Under the pieces are notes generated by a model. The model searched no databases and was not told the DNA's origin. It saw only the letters and a program-made list of their open reading frames with translations. Positions 53,162 to 63,259 of a DNA stretch of 64,000 bases are shown here, in pieces; the first letter of the stretch is position 1, and every line of letters begins with the position of its first letter. Source of the stretch: an uncultured virus (IMG/VR IMGVR_UViG_3300032294_002400) (taxonomy: Duplodnaviria; Heunggongvirae; Uroviricota; Caudoviricetes). The position numbers and the translations under genes are program-made. Location: the IMG/VR virus record IMGVR_UViG_3300032294_002400. One strand, written 5' to 3'.

Positions 53162-55030
53162 TTACGCGAAGCTAAAACGAATAGTTCGGTTGGCGGCTGG
53201 CATTACCAATGACAATGCATAGTTGCCACTTAATGAAGCAAGGTTAGAGTTAGGCGATGACTGTGCGTTTGTATCTTCACGCCATTGGAATATCATAGGC
53301 GGATATCTGTCTGCCGCCGAGGAGTTTAGTCCTACCGCCGCGTAGTCAAAGATCAAAGGCGATGCAACACTTGAAGGCAAACGCATCATTCCTCCAAGCA
53401 GTGTTACCCCTGCGTAGCCTGTTGGAGCAGATAGCGTAACGGTTGAAGAAACGCGTGACATGTTGTATCCGCGTGAGTAAGTTGCAGATGATCCACTGCT
53501 TGTTCCGGTGTTGTCTACAGGAACTGTAAATGTGTTTGTGTCTACAAACGTAGCAACTAATGATTGAGCCATAGGCACGTTTGCGTTGCGAAGGATAATA
53601 CGGTCACCTGTTGAAACTCCATGGAACGGAGAAGTCACTGTTAAAGTTGTACCAGAGCGTGACCACGTAAGAGATGATTTTTGGCCAGAGTCATATGAGT
53701 GTAGATAAAATTCTTCGCCGCTTGTTGTCTGTACTTGATAGCGCTCAACAAATACTACAGAGCCGGATCCCGCAGCGCCTGTAGGGCCAGTCGCACCAGT
53801 CTGCCCTGCACCGGTAGCTCCTGTAGCACCAGTAGCGCCTGTTGCACCTGTTGCACCTGTTTCACCAGCGCCTGTTGGGCCGGTAGGACCTGTTGGGCCT
53901 GCAACAGTTGAGTCTGCACCGGTAGGACCAGTAATGCTTGCGCCTGTTGCGCCCGTAGCTCCTGTGTTACCAACTGCACCAGTTGCGCCAGTGTTGCCTG
54001 TTGCACCAGTAGTACCAGCGCCTGTCGCACCAGTTGCACCGATGGTTCCGTTAATTCCGTTTGCACCAGTTGGACCAGTCGCACCAGTCTGTCCTGCGCC
54101 TGTCGCGCCAGTAACACCAGTATTTCCAGCTACACCTGTTGGGCCAGTCGCACCAGTCTGCCCTGCACCGGTAGCTCCTGTTGGACCAGTCGCACCGTCA
54201 ACACCGATAGTTCCATTAGTACCTGTTGGTCCTTGTGGGCCTGTTGCTCCAGTGGCACCAGTTGCTCCAGTGACACCAGCACCAGTTGCTCCAGCAGGTC
54301 CAACAATCTGACCTACGCTTTCCCAAGCAGATCCGTCCCAGATATAAAGGTCACCATCTGCAGTAACAATGTACGCATCGTTTGTTGAGCCTGTCGGTGG
54401 AAGAGATCCAACGTTAGCAACTGTGCCAACAACATTGATTGAAGTTCCTTGAGGACCAGTAGCACCGGTTGCGCCCGTAGCTCCAGTTGAGCCAGAGCCT
54501 GTTGCGCCAGTTGCACCTGTCGCACCTGTAGGAGCACCAGCAGGACCAGTCGGTCCTGTTGCTCCAACAGTGCCGACGCCTGTTGCGCCAGTAGCACCGG
54601 TTGCACCTGCTGCACCAGCAGGACCGATAGGTCCGCGCGCAGTAGTTGTAGAAGCTGATGAAACGTAAGATGAAGTTGTTGAAGGAACTAGGCGAGCGAT
54701 TTGAGTAAATAGATCAATATCTGATCCATCGCCAAGAGGTAAAAATACTCGTACGTTTACAGACTTAACTCCGTTGATTCGAACTGCAACTTCATAGGCC
54801 CAGCCTTGAGGAGTTACGAGAGGATTGTCTGTTGTTGGAAGCTCTACGCTAAATGAGCCAGTGCCGTCAAGAGTAACAGTAGTAGGACCGCTAAGAACGA
54901 CAGAGTCATCAGGGTCATAAATTGTAGCGGTAGGGGTGAACGTAATAGTTCCAATTCCCGCAATCCCGCGGGATGTAACATAGGTGCCTATGACGGTACG
55001 TGTTACAACGTCCTCAGACCAAGTTGGCAC
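53162..55030 (-). CDS. Collagen-like fibre protein with actinophage minor-tail-type N-terminal anchor domain
   Basis: Probable GTG start at 55030. N-terminus G.ITFTP..TLD..G.FSV.LP.TD....GW.Y.V, then GAT/GPT repeats. Confidence 0.8.
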   Translation of the reverse strand: MPTWSEDVVTRTVIGTYVTSRGIAGIGTITFTPTATIYDPDDSVVLSGPTTVTLDGTGSFSVELPTTDNPLVTPQGWAYEVAVRINGVKSVNVRVFLPLGDGSDIDLFTQIARLVPSTTSSYVSSASTTTARGPIGPAGAAGATGATGATGVGTVGATGPTGPAGAPTGATGATGATGSGSTGATGATGATGPQGTSINVVGTVANVGSLPPTGSTNDAYIVTADGDLYIWDGSAWESVGQIVGPAGATGAGVTGATGATGATGPQGPTGTNGTIGVDGATGPTGATGAGQTGATGPTGVAGNTGVTGATGAGQTGATGPTGANGINGTIGATGATGAGTTGATGNTGATGAVGNTGATGATGASITGPTGADSTVAGPTGPTGPTGAGETGATGATGATGATGATGAGQTGATGPTGAAGSGSVVFVERYQVQTTSGEEFYLHSYDSGQKSSLTWSRSGTTLTVTSPFHGVSTGDRIILRNANVPMAQSLVATFVDTNTFTVPVDNTGTSSGSSATYSRGYNMSRVSSTVTLSAPTGYAGVTLLGGMMRLPSSVASPLIFDYAAVGLNSSAADRYPPMIFQWREDTNAQSSPNSNLASLSGNYALSLVMPAANRTIRFSFA

Positions 55031-55163
55031 AGAAGCTCCGTTCCTCAAAACCCAACGCACCTATGCTTGCAACGTCAAAATGACATTGGTAGGCGACAGG
55101 TTAATACTACCAAATAATTAGAATCTTTACTTAGGCATTTTATAATTTTTTAAGATAGATGTC

Positions 55164-56381
55164 CTATAAAATTGCTAAATCAGTCCAAATTTTATTTCCC
55201 ACAAGAACGCTTACCATTCCTGGAGGAGACACCTCTCCAGTCTTTTCACGCCACCACGTTGACTCTGATTCCATGGCAGGAACCTGAATCCAGGTGCGAG
55301 GTCCCATGGCTTGAATATGCAGGTGATGATGATGCCCCGTAATGATAAGGTGCGCGTCTCCAACAGGTGCCATGTTCTTTGCGTGCTCAGCAACCCACTT
55401 AGGAACGTTCCCACCCTTGACTTGGTGACCGTGGGCGATTGCAGTAATGGTTCCGCCTAGGTCTAAAACAATGGTGCCTTCATCCTTGCCTGGAGTGACA
55501 AACTTGACATGTGAGTAGGCTGCCTTATTTTGCTCGAGCGTCTCGGCAACTGCAATGACCGCGTCAATATCCCACGAGTCATCCATACGCGTTGCCATTT
55601 TTCCCATGAGGCGAACTGTCTCGCCGTGGTTTCCTGGCACCGCAACTACAAGAAGGTTCTCAGTTTCCGCCGCAAGTCGTGTGACGATCTCGAATACAAG
55701 TCGACGATAAAGACGAACCTGCTCTGTCATCGTAAGATTGGTACGCCATGTGTTTCCGCCACCCTGAGATACAAAACCTTCAACGCAGTCGCCTGTAAGT
55801 ATGAGAACCGCGTTACCAGGCCAGCGCTTTAGACGACGTAATTCCTTTATGCGCTCGATTGAACGGTCTGTTGAATCGAGGATACGTTGGATTGTTCCCT
55901 CTACTCCGTCGCCGTCTATCTTGCCTAGCTGCCAGTCTCCTGTCGCTAGAATCCATTGCTGGGTACCAATTTCTGTGTCCGAAGGCTTCTTTGCCTTGGT
56001 CTTTGATACGAGGTCTAATAAATCGTCAATACTTATCTCTGAGCCACTTGACGGCTCGACCTTAAAGCGGTATCTCCACGCTGGACGGGTAACGGCCTCG
56101 CCGTCTTCCTCGTCGCGGTGCCATGCCGCTGGGTCGTAGCGTGCTTCATACAAACGAATGGTGTATCCTTCAGGGACAGACACGCCTAAACTTTCTACCG
56201 CGGCCTTCCATGACTCTTCATCTTGAATCTTAGGGACACGGTCTGTCGTAACAGTTAATCCACCGTCGTCTCCGTGCAAGACTCCTGGTTCCCACCCTGT
56301 CGGGTAGGTTGGGCGTGTGCGCTGTGCAAACGAGGAGGTTGGGGCAGAAATTAGCTTATCGAGCTTTTCTGAAAATGCCAC
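55164..56381 (-). CDS. Metallophosphoesterase (Mre11/calcineurin-like)
   Basis: GDWQ.GK, GD..EG, GNH, HGH and GH.HH motifs. Confidence 0.85.
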   Translation of the reverse strand: MAFSEKLDKLISAPTSSFAQRTRPTYPTGWEPGVLHGDDGGLTVTTDRVPKIQDEESWKAAVESLGVSVPEGYTIRLYEARYDPAAWHRDEEDGEAVTRPAWRYRFKVEPSSGSEISIDDLLDLVSKTKAKKPSDTEIGTQQWILATGDWQLGKIDGDGVEGTIQRILDSTDRSIERIKELRRLKRWPGNAVLILTGDCVEGFVSQGGGNTWRTNLTMTEQVRLYRRLVFEIVTRLAAETENLLVVAVPGNHGETVRLMGKMATRMDDSWDIDAVIAVAETLEQNKAAYSHVKFVTPGKDEGTIVLDLGGTITAIAHGHQVKGGNVPKWVAEHAKNMAPVGDAHLIITGHHHHLHIQAMGPRTWIQVPAMESESTWWREKTGEVSPPGMVSVLVGNKIWTDLAIL

Positions 56382-56384
56382 GTC

Positions 56385-56675
56385 TTATTCCTCTTCACTG
56401 TTGAACTTTGGGCTGAACCCATAGCAGCGACATTCTTTTCTGCGGTGACGGCTTACTGCCGCAACGCCAATGTCGTAGCCTTCCTGGCGTAGCGCCTGCG
56501 AGATGGCGGTCGTAGGAATACGAGCTGGATCGCTGTGTGTAACTTCTAATACTTTTTGAAGATAAACTTTTTCTTCGTCGGACATTTCATTTCCGCGAAG
56601 AATCGAACCGAGCCTACAAGCTAATCCCGGCCTTGACTTTCCGGCCTCTTTTTCAAGTCTTTGTACTAACGACAT
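56385..56675 (-). CDS. Small HTH-like hypothetical protein
   Basis: I..AL..EG..I....V.RHR...C.C; coupled to the phosphoesterase gene. Confidence 0.6.
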   Translation of the reverse strand: MSLVQRLEKEAGKSRPGLACRLGSILRGNEMSDEEKVYLQKVLEVTHSDPARIPTTAISQALRQEGYDIGVAAVSRHRRKECRCYGFSPKFNSEEE

Positions 56676-56869
56676 TGGTAGCTATCTCCTATCAAGTAAA
56701 CTGGTAGGATAAACTATAACCTGTAGTGTGAACAAATAGGTCATAGTTCACAGTAAAGTTTTAATAATTTTTCTGTCAACTTTACGGCAACCTTGTCGGC
56801 ATAGTTGCATAAGGGCAAGCCATTTAGGTGTATTTTTATAATTAAGCAGTAAAGATAAAACTGCTTCTT

Positions 56870-57244
56870 TTAAGCGGTTGGAGCTTTCTTTTTGCGAGCC
56901 TTTGTCATCTTAGGCTCGACTGGGGCTGGACCTTGGTGCATTTCAGGAAGAGATAGCAGTTGAAGAAGTACGTCTTTAATAAATCTAACCTCTACCGCGG
57001 TTTCCTTGGCAAGCTGCGAGCTGGCGTTTATCTGGTCCTTCATAGACTCTCCGCCATTTTCCCAAAGCTGGTACTCGACGCGGTCCATGCGCTCGGACAT
57101 GGTTCTTCCTTGGTCATCTACTCCTATGGCTGTCTCTACGCGGTGGATAACTTTGTAGATCTTGTAGACTAGGCCGAACAAGAATATGACGCCCGCGATA
57201 ATTCCGACAACCGCGCCAATTTGCATTGATAGACTATTAAGCAA
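56870..57244 (-). CDS. Single-TM membrane protein with coiled coil (possible lysis accessory)
   Basis: N-terminal hydrophobic helix; R..RVE.QL..NGG.S.KD motif. Confidence 0.55.
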   Translation of the reverse strand: MLNSLSMQIGAVVGIIAGVIFLFGLVYKIYKVIHRVETAIGVDDQGRTMSERMDRVEYQLWENGGESMKDQINASSQLAKETAVEVRFIKDVLLQLLSLPEMHQGPAPVEPKMTKARKKKAPTA

Positions 57245-57468
57245 GATATCGGCCTTCCAATCAAGACTGTTAAGTATACAAATTATAACTTATATGGTTT
57301 ACTATTATTTATCTGTTTCGGTTGTTTACTTATGCGGTAAGTACCCTTTATAGTCGCCAAGTAACAAATAGCCAAGATAAGTGATATGATAGCTCTTCTC
57401 AACAAAAGTTATTTGTTTATAGGACTGATTGGAGTTAACGACAAAAAGATGCAATATGGTGAGACCAA

Positions 57469-60093
57469 ATGAGCGCCTGGGAATCTGCAGAAGGACGTTT
57501 AGGTCCTGCGGCTAACTGGTATGCTAAAAACGGTTGGTCAATACTTCCATGTTACGGAATTGTCGGAGGCCGCTGTACTTGCGGCGGCGCACACGTCGAG
57601 CCAAAAGATGTAGGCAAGCACCCATCGCTTCCTGAGTGGAATAAGTTTGCAACTACAGATCCAGCGACAGTAGACTCGTGGTGGCAACGCGACCCAAACA
57701 TGAACATTGGTGTTATGTGTCGCTCCAGCGGATTTTTTGTAATTGATATTGACCCGCGCTCAGGTGGACCAGATTCATTTGAAAAGTTTGAAGCTTTAGT
57801 CGACGGATTCCTGCCTCCCACAGTTGAGGCAATCACAGGTGAGTACACTATCGGTGGTGGAAAGGTAATGCGAGGACGTCACCTATTTTATAAGTGTGAA
57901 GAGTCAGAGCAGCTTGTTGGAAATCTTAAGAAGGCAAACCTGCCAGGTGTTGATATCAAACACAACGGCTACGTCCTTATTACTCCATCGCGTCACTTCT
58001 CTGGAGTCTGCTACGAGTGGGCACCAGGCAAAGCGCCGTGGGAAATTGAAATGGCGCAGGCGCCTGAAGAGCTATTACAGTCTCTTCGTAAAAAGAACAG
58101 TCGTCGCGGTGGAACTAATCTTGGTGAAGGCGACTGGAGTTTCCTTGACGACTTAGATTTTGCTGGCGAGCGCGTAGACGTTGAGCGCTTGCTTGAAGAA
58201 GGAATTGACGAAGGCTCACGCGCAGTTGACATTTACTCGATGACATGTGCGCTTGCTAATAAGTTTCCAATCAACACCGAGGCTGGTCGCCTTGCTGTTG
58301 AAACTATGATGATTCGCTTTAACGCAGAGAAGGTGCGTCCGCCACTTGAGCTTGAAGGTCAAGGCGGATTGTTGATGCACGTACGTCGCGCTATACAGTT
58401 TGTTATTGACAATCCAAAGTCAGAGCGCATGTGGCCAGGATTACAAGAGTGGGCGTCTAAGTCTCAAGAGGAAACACGTTCAAAGGCGTCTGGTAAAGCG
58501 CAAGAGATTAGAACAACCGAGAATTATTCACCGCAGGATACATACAACATGCCTGGAACTATCGGTGGCTCGATTACACAGTCTATCTCAGACGGTGATT
58601 CAATCTCTGAGGCATCAAGTCTTTTAAAGATGGATGTGCCTAAGGATGTTGACTCTGTTAATGAGAACGAAGGTGGAGAACCTGGTAAGCGCACGCTTAC
58701 AGATACAGGCAACGGTCGTCGTCTTGTAGACTCATTTGGTCCTGCAATTCGTTACACTCCAGGGCTTGGTTGGTTTCACTGGGACGGTGGATATTGGAAG
58801 CCTGATGTTGAGAATCTTGAACTACAAGAGTTAACAAAGAAACTTGCACCTATCATTGCATCCGAGGTTGTAAACTACGACGACGCAGACAAGCAAGCAG
58901 AGCTAATGAAATGGGCACTACAGGCAAAATCAAACTCGCGTATTGCAGGATGTATTGAAAATGCAACATCTGACCCACGCGTTCAAGTAAACGTTGAAGC
59001 TTGGGACTCAGACGAAACACTACTTGGTGTTGCAAACGGAGTTATTGATCTTCGCACAGGAGATCTTCTTAAAGGTCGCCCAGATTTATTTATTACTCGC
59101 CGTGCGCCAGTCGCATACACTCCAGGAATGCGAAATGTTAAATGGGAACAGTTCTTAGACTTTGCAACAGGAGGAGACAAAGAGCTGCAGGATTGGCTGC
59201 AACGTGCAGCTGGTTACTCATTGACTGGTCTACGCACATACGATGTTATGTTTTTAATTTACGGACCTGCTGGTTCAGGTAAGAACACGCTAGTTGAAGC
59301 TTTAGTAAAGTGCATGGGCACACAGCAGTATGCCTGGCCTTTAGACTCTTCTATTCTTGCGCAAGGTGATGGCCAGGCAAATGGGTCAGATCTTTATCAC
59401 TGGGCAGAGCTACGTGGACGCAGATTAGTGTGGGTTGATGAATTGCCAGAGTCTGAGCGCTTGAAAGAAAACTCAGTTAAGAAACTAACTGGTTCATCTG
59501 AAATCTCTGCACGTTCACCTGGTGAAAAGCCATTTACATTTTCTTCTCGCGCGAAACTATGGGTTACAACTAATCACCGTCCAATCATTAACGATGATGC
59601 GATGTGGCGTCGTATTCGCCCAGTGCCTTTGACAAACGTTCCTGAAAATCCAGACCCAGACCTAAAGCACTATATCTTCGATCCTGAAGGAGCCCTTCCA
59701 GCGGTTCTATCCTGGGCAGTTGAAGGAGCAATTAAACTGCTTGGCTCGTCAGCGAGAGATGCTCTTGGAACCTGTAAGGTTGTGACCGAGGCGTCTGAAA
59801 TGTATCGAAAAAACGAAGACCGTATCGGTATTTTCTTAAACGAAGAGACAAAGGAGTCAGAAGGAACGGTCGTCCCTGTTAAGGCTTTGTACTCTGTTTA
59901 CCGCGCTTGGAGCGAAGAGCGCGGCGAAAGACCAATGACACAGATCGCATTCCAGCGTAAGATATCTGATCGTGGAATGACTGTAGTCGGTCTTGGTTCA
60001 AAAGCTGAAATTCAAGGTCGTGTACTTGTTCCGCGCGCTGTACAAACTGGCGAGGTCGATTGGGGTCTCGCTTCTCGATACTCTCGCGGTTAG
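57469..60093 (+). CDS. Bifunctional primase-polymerase fused to D5/P4-type SF3 helicase
   Basis: N-terminal GKHP, NIG, DID, G.H.FY and GYV..PS.H; D5_N TD.GN..R; Walker A GPAGSGKNT; KKLTG...AR; TNH.P. Confidence 0.92.
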   Translation: MSAWESAEGRLGPAANWYAKNGWSILPCYGIVGGRCTCGGAHVEPKDVGKHPSLPEWNKFATTDPATVDSWWQRDPNMNIGVMCRSSGFFVIDIDPRSGGPDSFEKFEALVDGFLPPTVEAITGEYTIGGGKVMRGRHLFYKCEESEQLVGNLKKANLPGVDIKHNGYVLITPSRHFSGVCYEWAPGKAPWEIEMAQAPEELLQSLRKKNSRRGGTNLGEGDWSFLDDLDFAGERVDVERLLEEGIDEGSRAVDIYSMTCALANKFPINTEAGRLAVETMMIRFNAEKVRPPLELEGQGGLLMHVRRAIQFVIDNPKSERMWPGLQEWASKSQEETRSKASGKAQEIRTTENYSPQDTYNMPGTIGGSITQSISDGDSISEASSLLKMDVPKDVDSVNENEGGEPGKRTLTDTGNGRRLVDSFGPAIRYTPGLGWFHWDGGYWKPDVENLELQELTKKLAPIIASEVVNYDDADKQAELMKWALQAKSNSRIAGCIENATSDPRVQVNVEAWDSDETLLGVANGVIDLRTGDLLKGRPDLFITRRAPVAYTPGMRNVKWEQFLDFATGGDKELQDWLQRAAGYSLTGLRTYDVMFLIYGPAGSGKNTLVEALVKCMGTQQYAWPLDSSILAQGDGQANGSDLYHWAELRGRRLVWVDELPESERLKENSVKKLTGSSEISARSPGEKPFTFSSRAKLWVTTNHRPIINDDAMWRRIRPVPLTNVPENPDPDLKHYIFDPEGALPAVLSWAVEGAIKLLGSSARDALGTCKVVTEASEMYRKNEDRIGIFLNEETKESEGTVVPVKALYSVYRAWSEERGERPMTQIAFQRKISDRGMTVVGLGSKAEIQGRVLVPRAVQTGEVDWGLASRYSRG

Positions 60094-60101
60094 GAACTAA
60101 T

Positions 60102-60767
60102 ATGCGCAAGCATAGCACAACAAAAGGCGTAATGCCTATCATACTTTTTATTATCGTAGCGACATCAACAGGAGCGTTCGCGGCAGATAAGCCTACAACG
60201 TTTGCAACAGTAGACGCTGGAATTAAAGCGCTAAAGGTTGCGCCTGATGTTCGTGAAGGATACGCGCGCTCGCAATTTAAGCACTGGTCAGATCTTGATA
60301 AGAACGGTTGCAACACACGCAACGACGTGATTATTCAGGAGGCTCTTGTTAAGCCTAAAGTTGATAAGGGCTGCAAGATCGTAAAAGATACAGGCAAGTG
60401 GTATTCTGCATATGACGGATTAACAGTTACAAATTTTTCTGGACTAGACGTTGACCATATGGTTCCTCTAGCCGAGGCTTGGGACTCAGGCGCTAAAGCT
60501 TGGGATAAGACTAAGCGTGAGGTATACGCAAATGACATGGGAGACGTTAACGCGTTGATTGCTGTCACCGCAGCGACTAACCGCTCTAAGTCAGATCAGG
60601 ATCCAGCAGAGTGGCTTCCTGCAAAGGACGTTTGCACATACATTAAGAATTGGGTTCACGTAAAACTACGTTGGTCACTTACAGTTGACGACAAAGAGCT
60701 CAAGGCAATTAAAGATGCAAACGCAAAATGCCCTAAGGCAAAAATTACAGTAGTAATTGTTAAGTAA
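60102..60767 (+). CDS. Secreted HNH-type nuclease (DUF1524-like)
   Basis: Signal-peptide-like N-terminus (..IILFIIVATSTGAFA), Y.R..F..W, C.TR, DH.VPL.EAW.SGA and N.SK.D.P..W. Confidence 0.8.
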   Translation: MRKHSTTKGVMPIILFIIVATSTGAFAADKPTTFATVDAGIKALKVAPDVREGYARSQFKHWSDLDKNGCNTRNDVIIQEALVKPKVDKGCKIVKDTGKWYSAYDGLTVTNFSGLDVDHMVPLAEAWDSGAKAWDKTKREVYANDMGDVNALIAVTAATNRSKSDQDPAEWLPAKDVCTYIKNWVHVKLRWSLTVDDKELKAIKDANAKCPKAKITVVIVK

Positions 60768-60790
60768 GAAACTAAAGAGAGGTAAACATT

Positions 60791-60856
60791 ATGTGCGCAA
60801 CATGCGGATGTAAGAAATCAAAGCCAAAGCCGTCAAAGCCAAAGGGAGGCAGATAA
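60791..60856 (+). CDS. 21-aa Cys/Lys peptide MCATCGCKKSKPKPSKPKGGR (absent from the ORF track)
   Basis: GAGAGG RBS, ATG 60791, TAA 60854-60856; fills the gap before the endolysin. Confidence 0.6.
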   Translation: MCATCGCKKSKPKPSKPKGGR

Positions 60857-60858
60857 AA

Positions 60859-61635
60859 ATGGCAGCAGCCCAAGGAACAGCAGCGCGACTCATTGAGATT
60901 GCACTTGCTGAGGTAGGAACCGTTGAGGGTCCTAAAGATAACGAAACAAAGTACGGCGCGTTCACAAAGGCAAACTTCTTGCCATGGTGTGGATCATACG
61001 TAATGTGGTGCGCAAACCAAGCTGGAGTTAAGGTGCCTAACACCGTTTCAACAGTTGCAGGCGCAGATGCTTTCAAGAAGCAAAAGCGCTGGTATGACAA
61101 CGACGGAGTAAATACTCCACAACCAGGCGACGTAGTCTACTTTGACTTCCCAGGTGACGGTGTCAACCGTATCTCGCACGTAGGAATTGTCGTAAAGGAT
61201 AACAAGGACGGCAGCATGGTTTGCCTTGAGGGGAACACCTCAGGCGCTCCTAAGGGTGACCAGCGCAACGGCGGCGAAGTATGCAAGAAGATTCGCGCAT
61301 ACAAGAAGGGCGCTAAGCAAGGACTTCCTATGGCAGTCGTTGGTTGGGGTCGTCCAGACTATGCGGGATCAACAGCCAGCCCAGTTGCTCCTAAGGTAGT
61401 AAAGGAAAAGGATACAACTGGTAAGGTTTACCCTGGTGAGACAATCGACCCAGGTGAGTCTGGTATCCATGTTAAGACTGTTCAGGCGGCATTAGATCTT
61501 AAGCCAGCCGATGGTCAATTTGGCCCAGTCACAAAGAAGGCTGTCATGGCCCATCAGAAGGCTAAGAAGTTGCCTGTAACTGGTATCGTTGACGCAAAAA
61601 CTTGGAAATCTATTACAGGATTGCCTGTTAAGTAG
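60859..61635 (+). CDS. Endolysin: CHAP amidase/endopeptidase with C-terminal peptidoglycan-binding domain
   Basis: N.TKYG, PWC, PGD.V, HVGIV and EGNT; C-terminal V..VQ..L...DG.FGP.T..AV..Q...L..TG.VD..TW. Confidence 0.9.
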   Translation: MAAAQGTAARLIEIALAEVGTVEGPKDNETKYGAFTKANFLPWCGSYVMWCANQAGVKVPNTVSTVAGADAFKKQKRWYDNDGVNTPQPGDVVYFDFPGDGVNRISHVGIVVKDNKDGSMVCLEGNTSGAPKGDQRNGGEVCKKIRAYKKGAKQGLPMAVVGWGRPDYAGSTASPVAPKVVKEKDTTGKVYPGETIDPGESGIHVKTVQAALDLKPADGQFGPVTKKAVMAHQKAKKLPVTGIVDAKTWKSITGLPVK

Positions 61636-61696
61636 AGCTTTTAGGTATACAGTATTACTAGTTTTTGACGTCCCGGGAGAGAACGTCTAAAACACA

Positions 61697-61740
61697 AGAG
61701 CCGGATAGCGCGAGTAATCGCGCGTCCGGCTCTATCTTTT
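61697..61740 (+). terminator. Intrinsic terminator at a convergent junction
   Basis: AGAGCCGGA..GCGCGA-GTAA-TCGCGC.TCCGGCTCT followed by ATCTTTT. Confidence 0.75.
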
Positions 61741-61757
61741 TACGATTCTATTGTTAA

Positions 61758-62423
61758 CTATCTCCAGGTGATTGGGATTTTTTTCATGTGCGTCACTAGA
61801 ACCGTAGGGTCAAAATAAATATCAATTCCAGCCCTATATGCTTTTACACACCACGATATGTCTTCACCTACCGTGTCAATAACTGCGTTCCCAGCCACGT
61901 CTATTCCAACCTGCACCTGCTCATGATTAAACCACGGACGTTGAATACTTTCAAACACTCCACATTTCATCGCAACAAAACCAAAGCCAATGCTTTGCAC
62001 CTTTATAATTTCATTCATCTTAAGTATTTTATGCACTGGTATTCCGCCAGGCTCTCCCCACGCATGTACTGTAGTTGTAACTCCATCTGCTAGCAAGTAC
62101 GCACCGGAGATTACGTCATATTCCGAGTCGTATATCTTAAAAAAGTCGTCTACCGTCCAGGCTATATCTGAATCAATCCAAAAAATCTTATTATAGGTGA
62201 TGTCTTTTCCTGCAGGTGACACCTGCGTCGGGTCAAGGTTAAGATTTTTGGAACCGCTTGCTGTCAACTCTCTTGCATGGTGAACAAGAGATGTGTAGGC
62301 ATTAAGCCACTTGTATGAAATTCCGCGCTTATCACACTCAGCTAATGTCTCAACAAGACTGTCTACATATTGAGCCTCGAGCATCGCACCTGGTGTTGCA
62401 ATTAGTACATCATAGTGCTTCAT
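61758..62423 (-). CDS. GT2-like glycosyltransferase
   Basis: V.IATP, V..AR, FWIDSD, GFGFV, F....PWF and GED..WC.....G..I..D....H.K motifs. Confidence 0.7.
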   Translation of the reverse strand: MKHYDVLIATPGAMLEAQYVDSLVETLAECDKRGISYKWLNAYTSLVHHARELTASGSKNLNLDPTQVSPAGKDITYNKIFWIDSDIAWTVDDFFKIYDSEYDVISGAYLLADGVTTTVHAWGEPGGIPVHKILKMNEIIKVQSIGFGFVAMKCGVFESIQRPWFNHEQVQVGIDVAGNAVIDTVGEDISWCVKAYRAGIDIYFDPTVLVTHMKKIPITWR

Positions 62424-62595
62424 TATTGTCTATCCTTATCCATTTACCATATGGGTTTTCGCTATTTGAACCAATGTACTTTTGACCTGTTTCCATATCT
62501 ATAAGAAGCCATTTTGACGGGCACTTTGTGTGAATGGTTAAATCAACTGCTGATTCAAATTCTTCGACAAGTGTACCATCTTTAAGATGTCTCAC
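62410..62595 (-). CDS. Hypothetical protein
   Basis: 61-aa ORF overlapping both neighbours; TKCP.KW...D.ETG..Y.G. Confidence 0.55.
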   Translation of the reverse strand: MRHLKDGTLVEEFESAVDLTIHTKCPSKWLLIDMETGQKYIGSNSENPYGKWIRIDNNEAL

Positions 62596-62797
62596 TGGCT
62601 CTTCCCCATTTTATTTTATTCCAAACACGTTCGTGCGCGTAATACAAAATAAAGTTAATTGTATTTGTCAATACCGTGACTTGTAGCGCAGCAATCTCTT
62701 CACCAGTGATCCAATATGCAGAAACAAATGTAGTGATTAGCGCAACTACTCTCCATGTTAATGATTTAATTAAGGATCTTGACTTAGAAACGATCAC
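62582..62797 (-). CDS. DUF2061-like membrane protein
   Basis: RSLIKSLTWR..T, two hydrophobic helices, YY.HER.W..I.WG. GTG start at 62797 overlaps the upstream stop. Confidence 0.75.
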   Translation of the reverse strand: MIVSKSRSLIKSLTWRVVALITTFVSAYWITGEEIAALQVTVLTNTINFILYYAHERVWNKIKWGRASETS

Positions 62798-63069
62798 GAA
62801 AGTATCTCTGGTCCTGGACCAGTTTGAATTGATGCCCTTGTTCCATGCCAATAAATTTTTCCATCACAGGCAATATTCATCTTTTGATCCCCGTCAACAA
62901 AACTTGACTCTCCATATGTGTATCCGTGAATTTCAATATGGCTGGCTAACACTTCTTCTCCATCAACTATAATTCTCCACTTTAGTGGACCACCATTATT
63001 TTTTGTATTGTATCTAATCTGAAAATGTTGATTTGGTTTAAAGAACCAAGACTTAAACTTGTTAATCAT
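62794..63069 (-). CDS. Hypothetical protein
   Basis: IRYNT.....WR...G.E; coupled ORF. Confidence 0.55.
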   Translation of the reverse strand: MINKFKSWFFKPNQHFQIRYNTKNNGGPLKWRIIVDGEEVLASHIEIHGYTYGESSFVDGDQKMNIACDGKIYWHGTRASIQTGPGPEILS

Positions 63070-63259
63070 TTTTTCCCTGTCTTTTGTTTGTTCTATTAAG
63101 AATATTTTTTACCATAGTTGATGCTGTTGTTTGAAACAAAAATGGAAAAATTGAATGAATAAAACAGATAAGACCTGCACCAATAAAAGTAATAGCAACT
63201 ATCCATGCTTCAAACATATGCTTAAAGTAGTTCTCATTAACCAACTTTAAGTGTTTCAT
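63062..63259 (-). CDS. DUF6356-like small membrane protein
   Basis: HL....E.YF.H...A and IH...PFLF..TAS motifs. Confidence 0.7.
   Translation of the reverse strand: MKHLKLVNENYFKHMFEAWIVAITFIGAGLICFIHSIFPFLFQTTASTMVKNILNRTNKRQGKND

Noticed and set aside
60102..60767. HNH gene as a mobile homing endonuclease or terminase-associated HNH
   Set aside because: It has a signal-peptide-like leader and DUF1524-type motifs, unlike homing or packaging HNH proteins.
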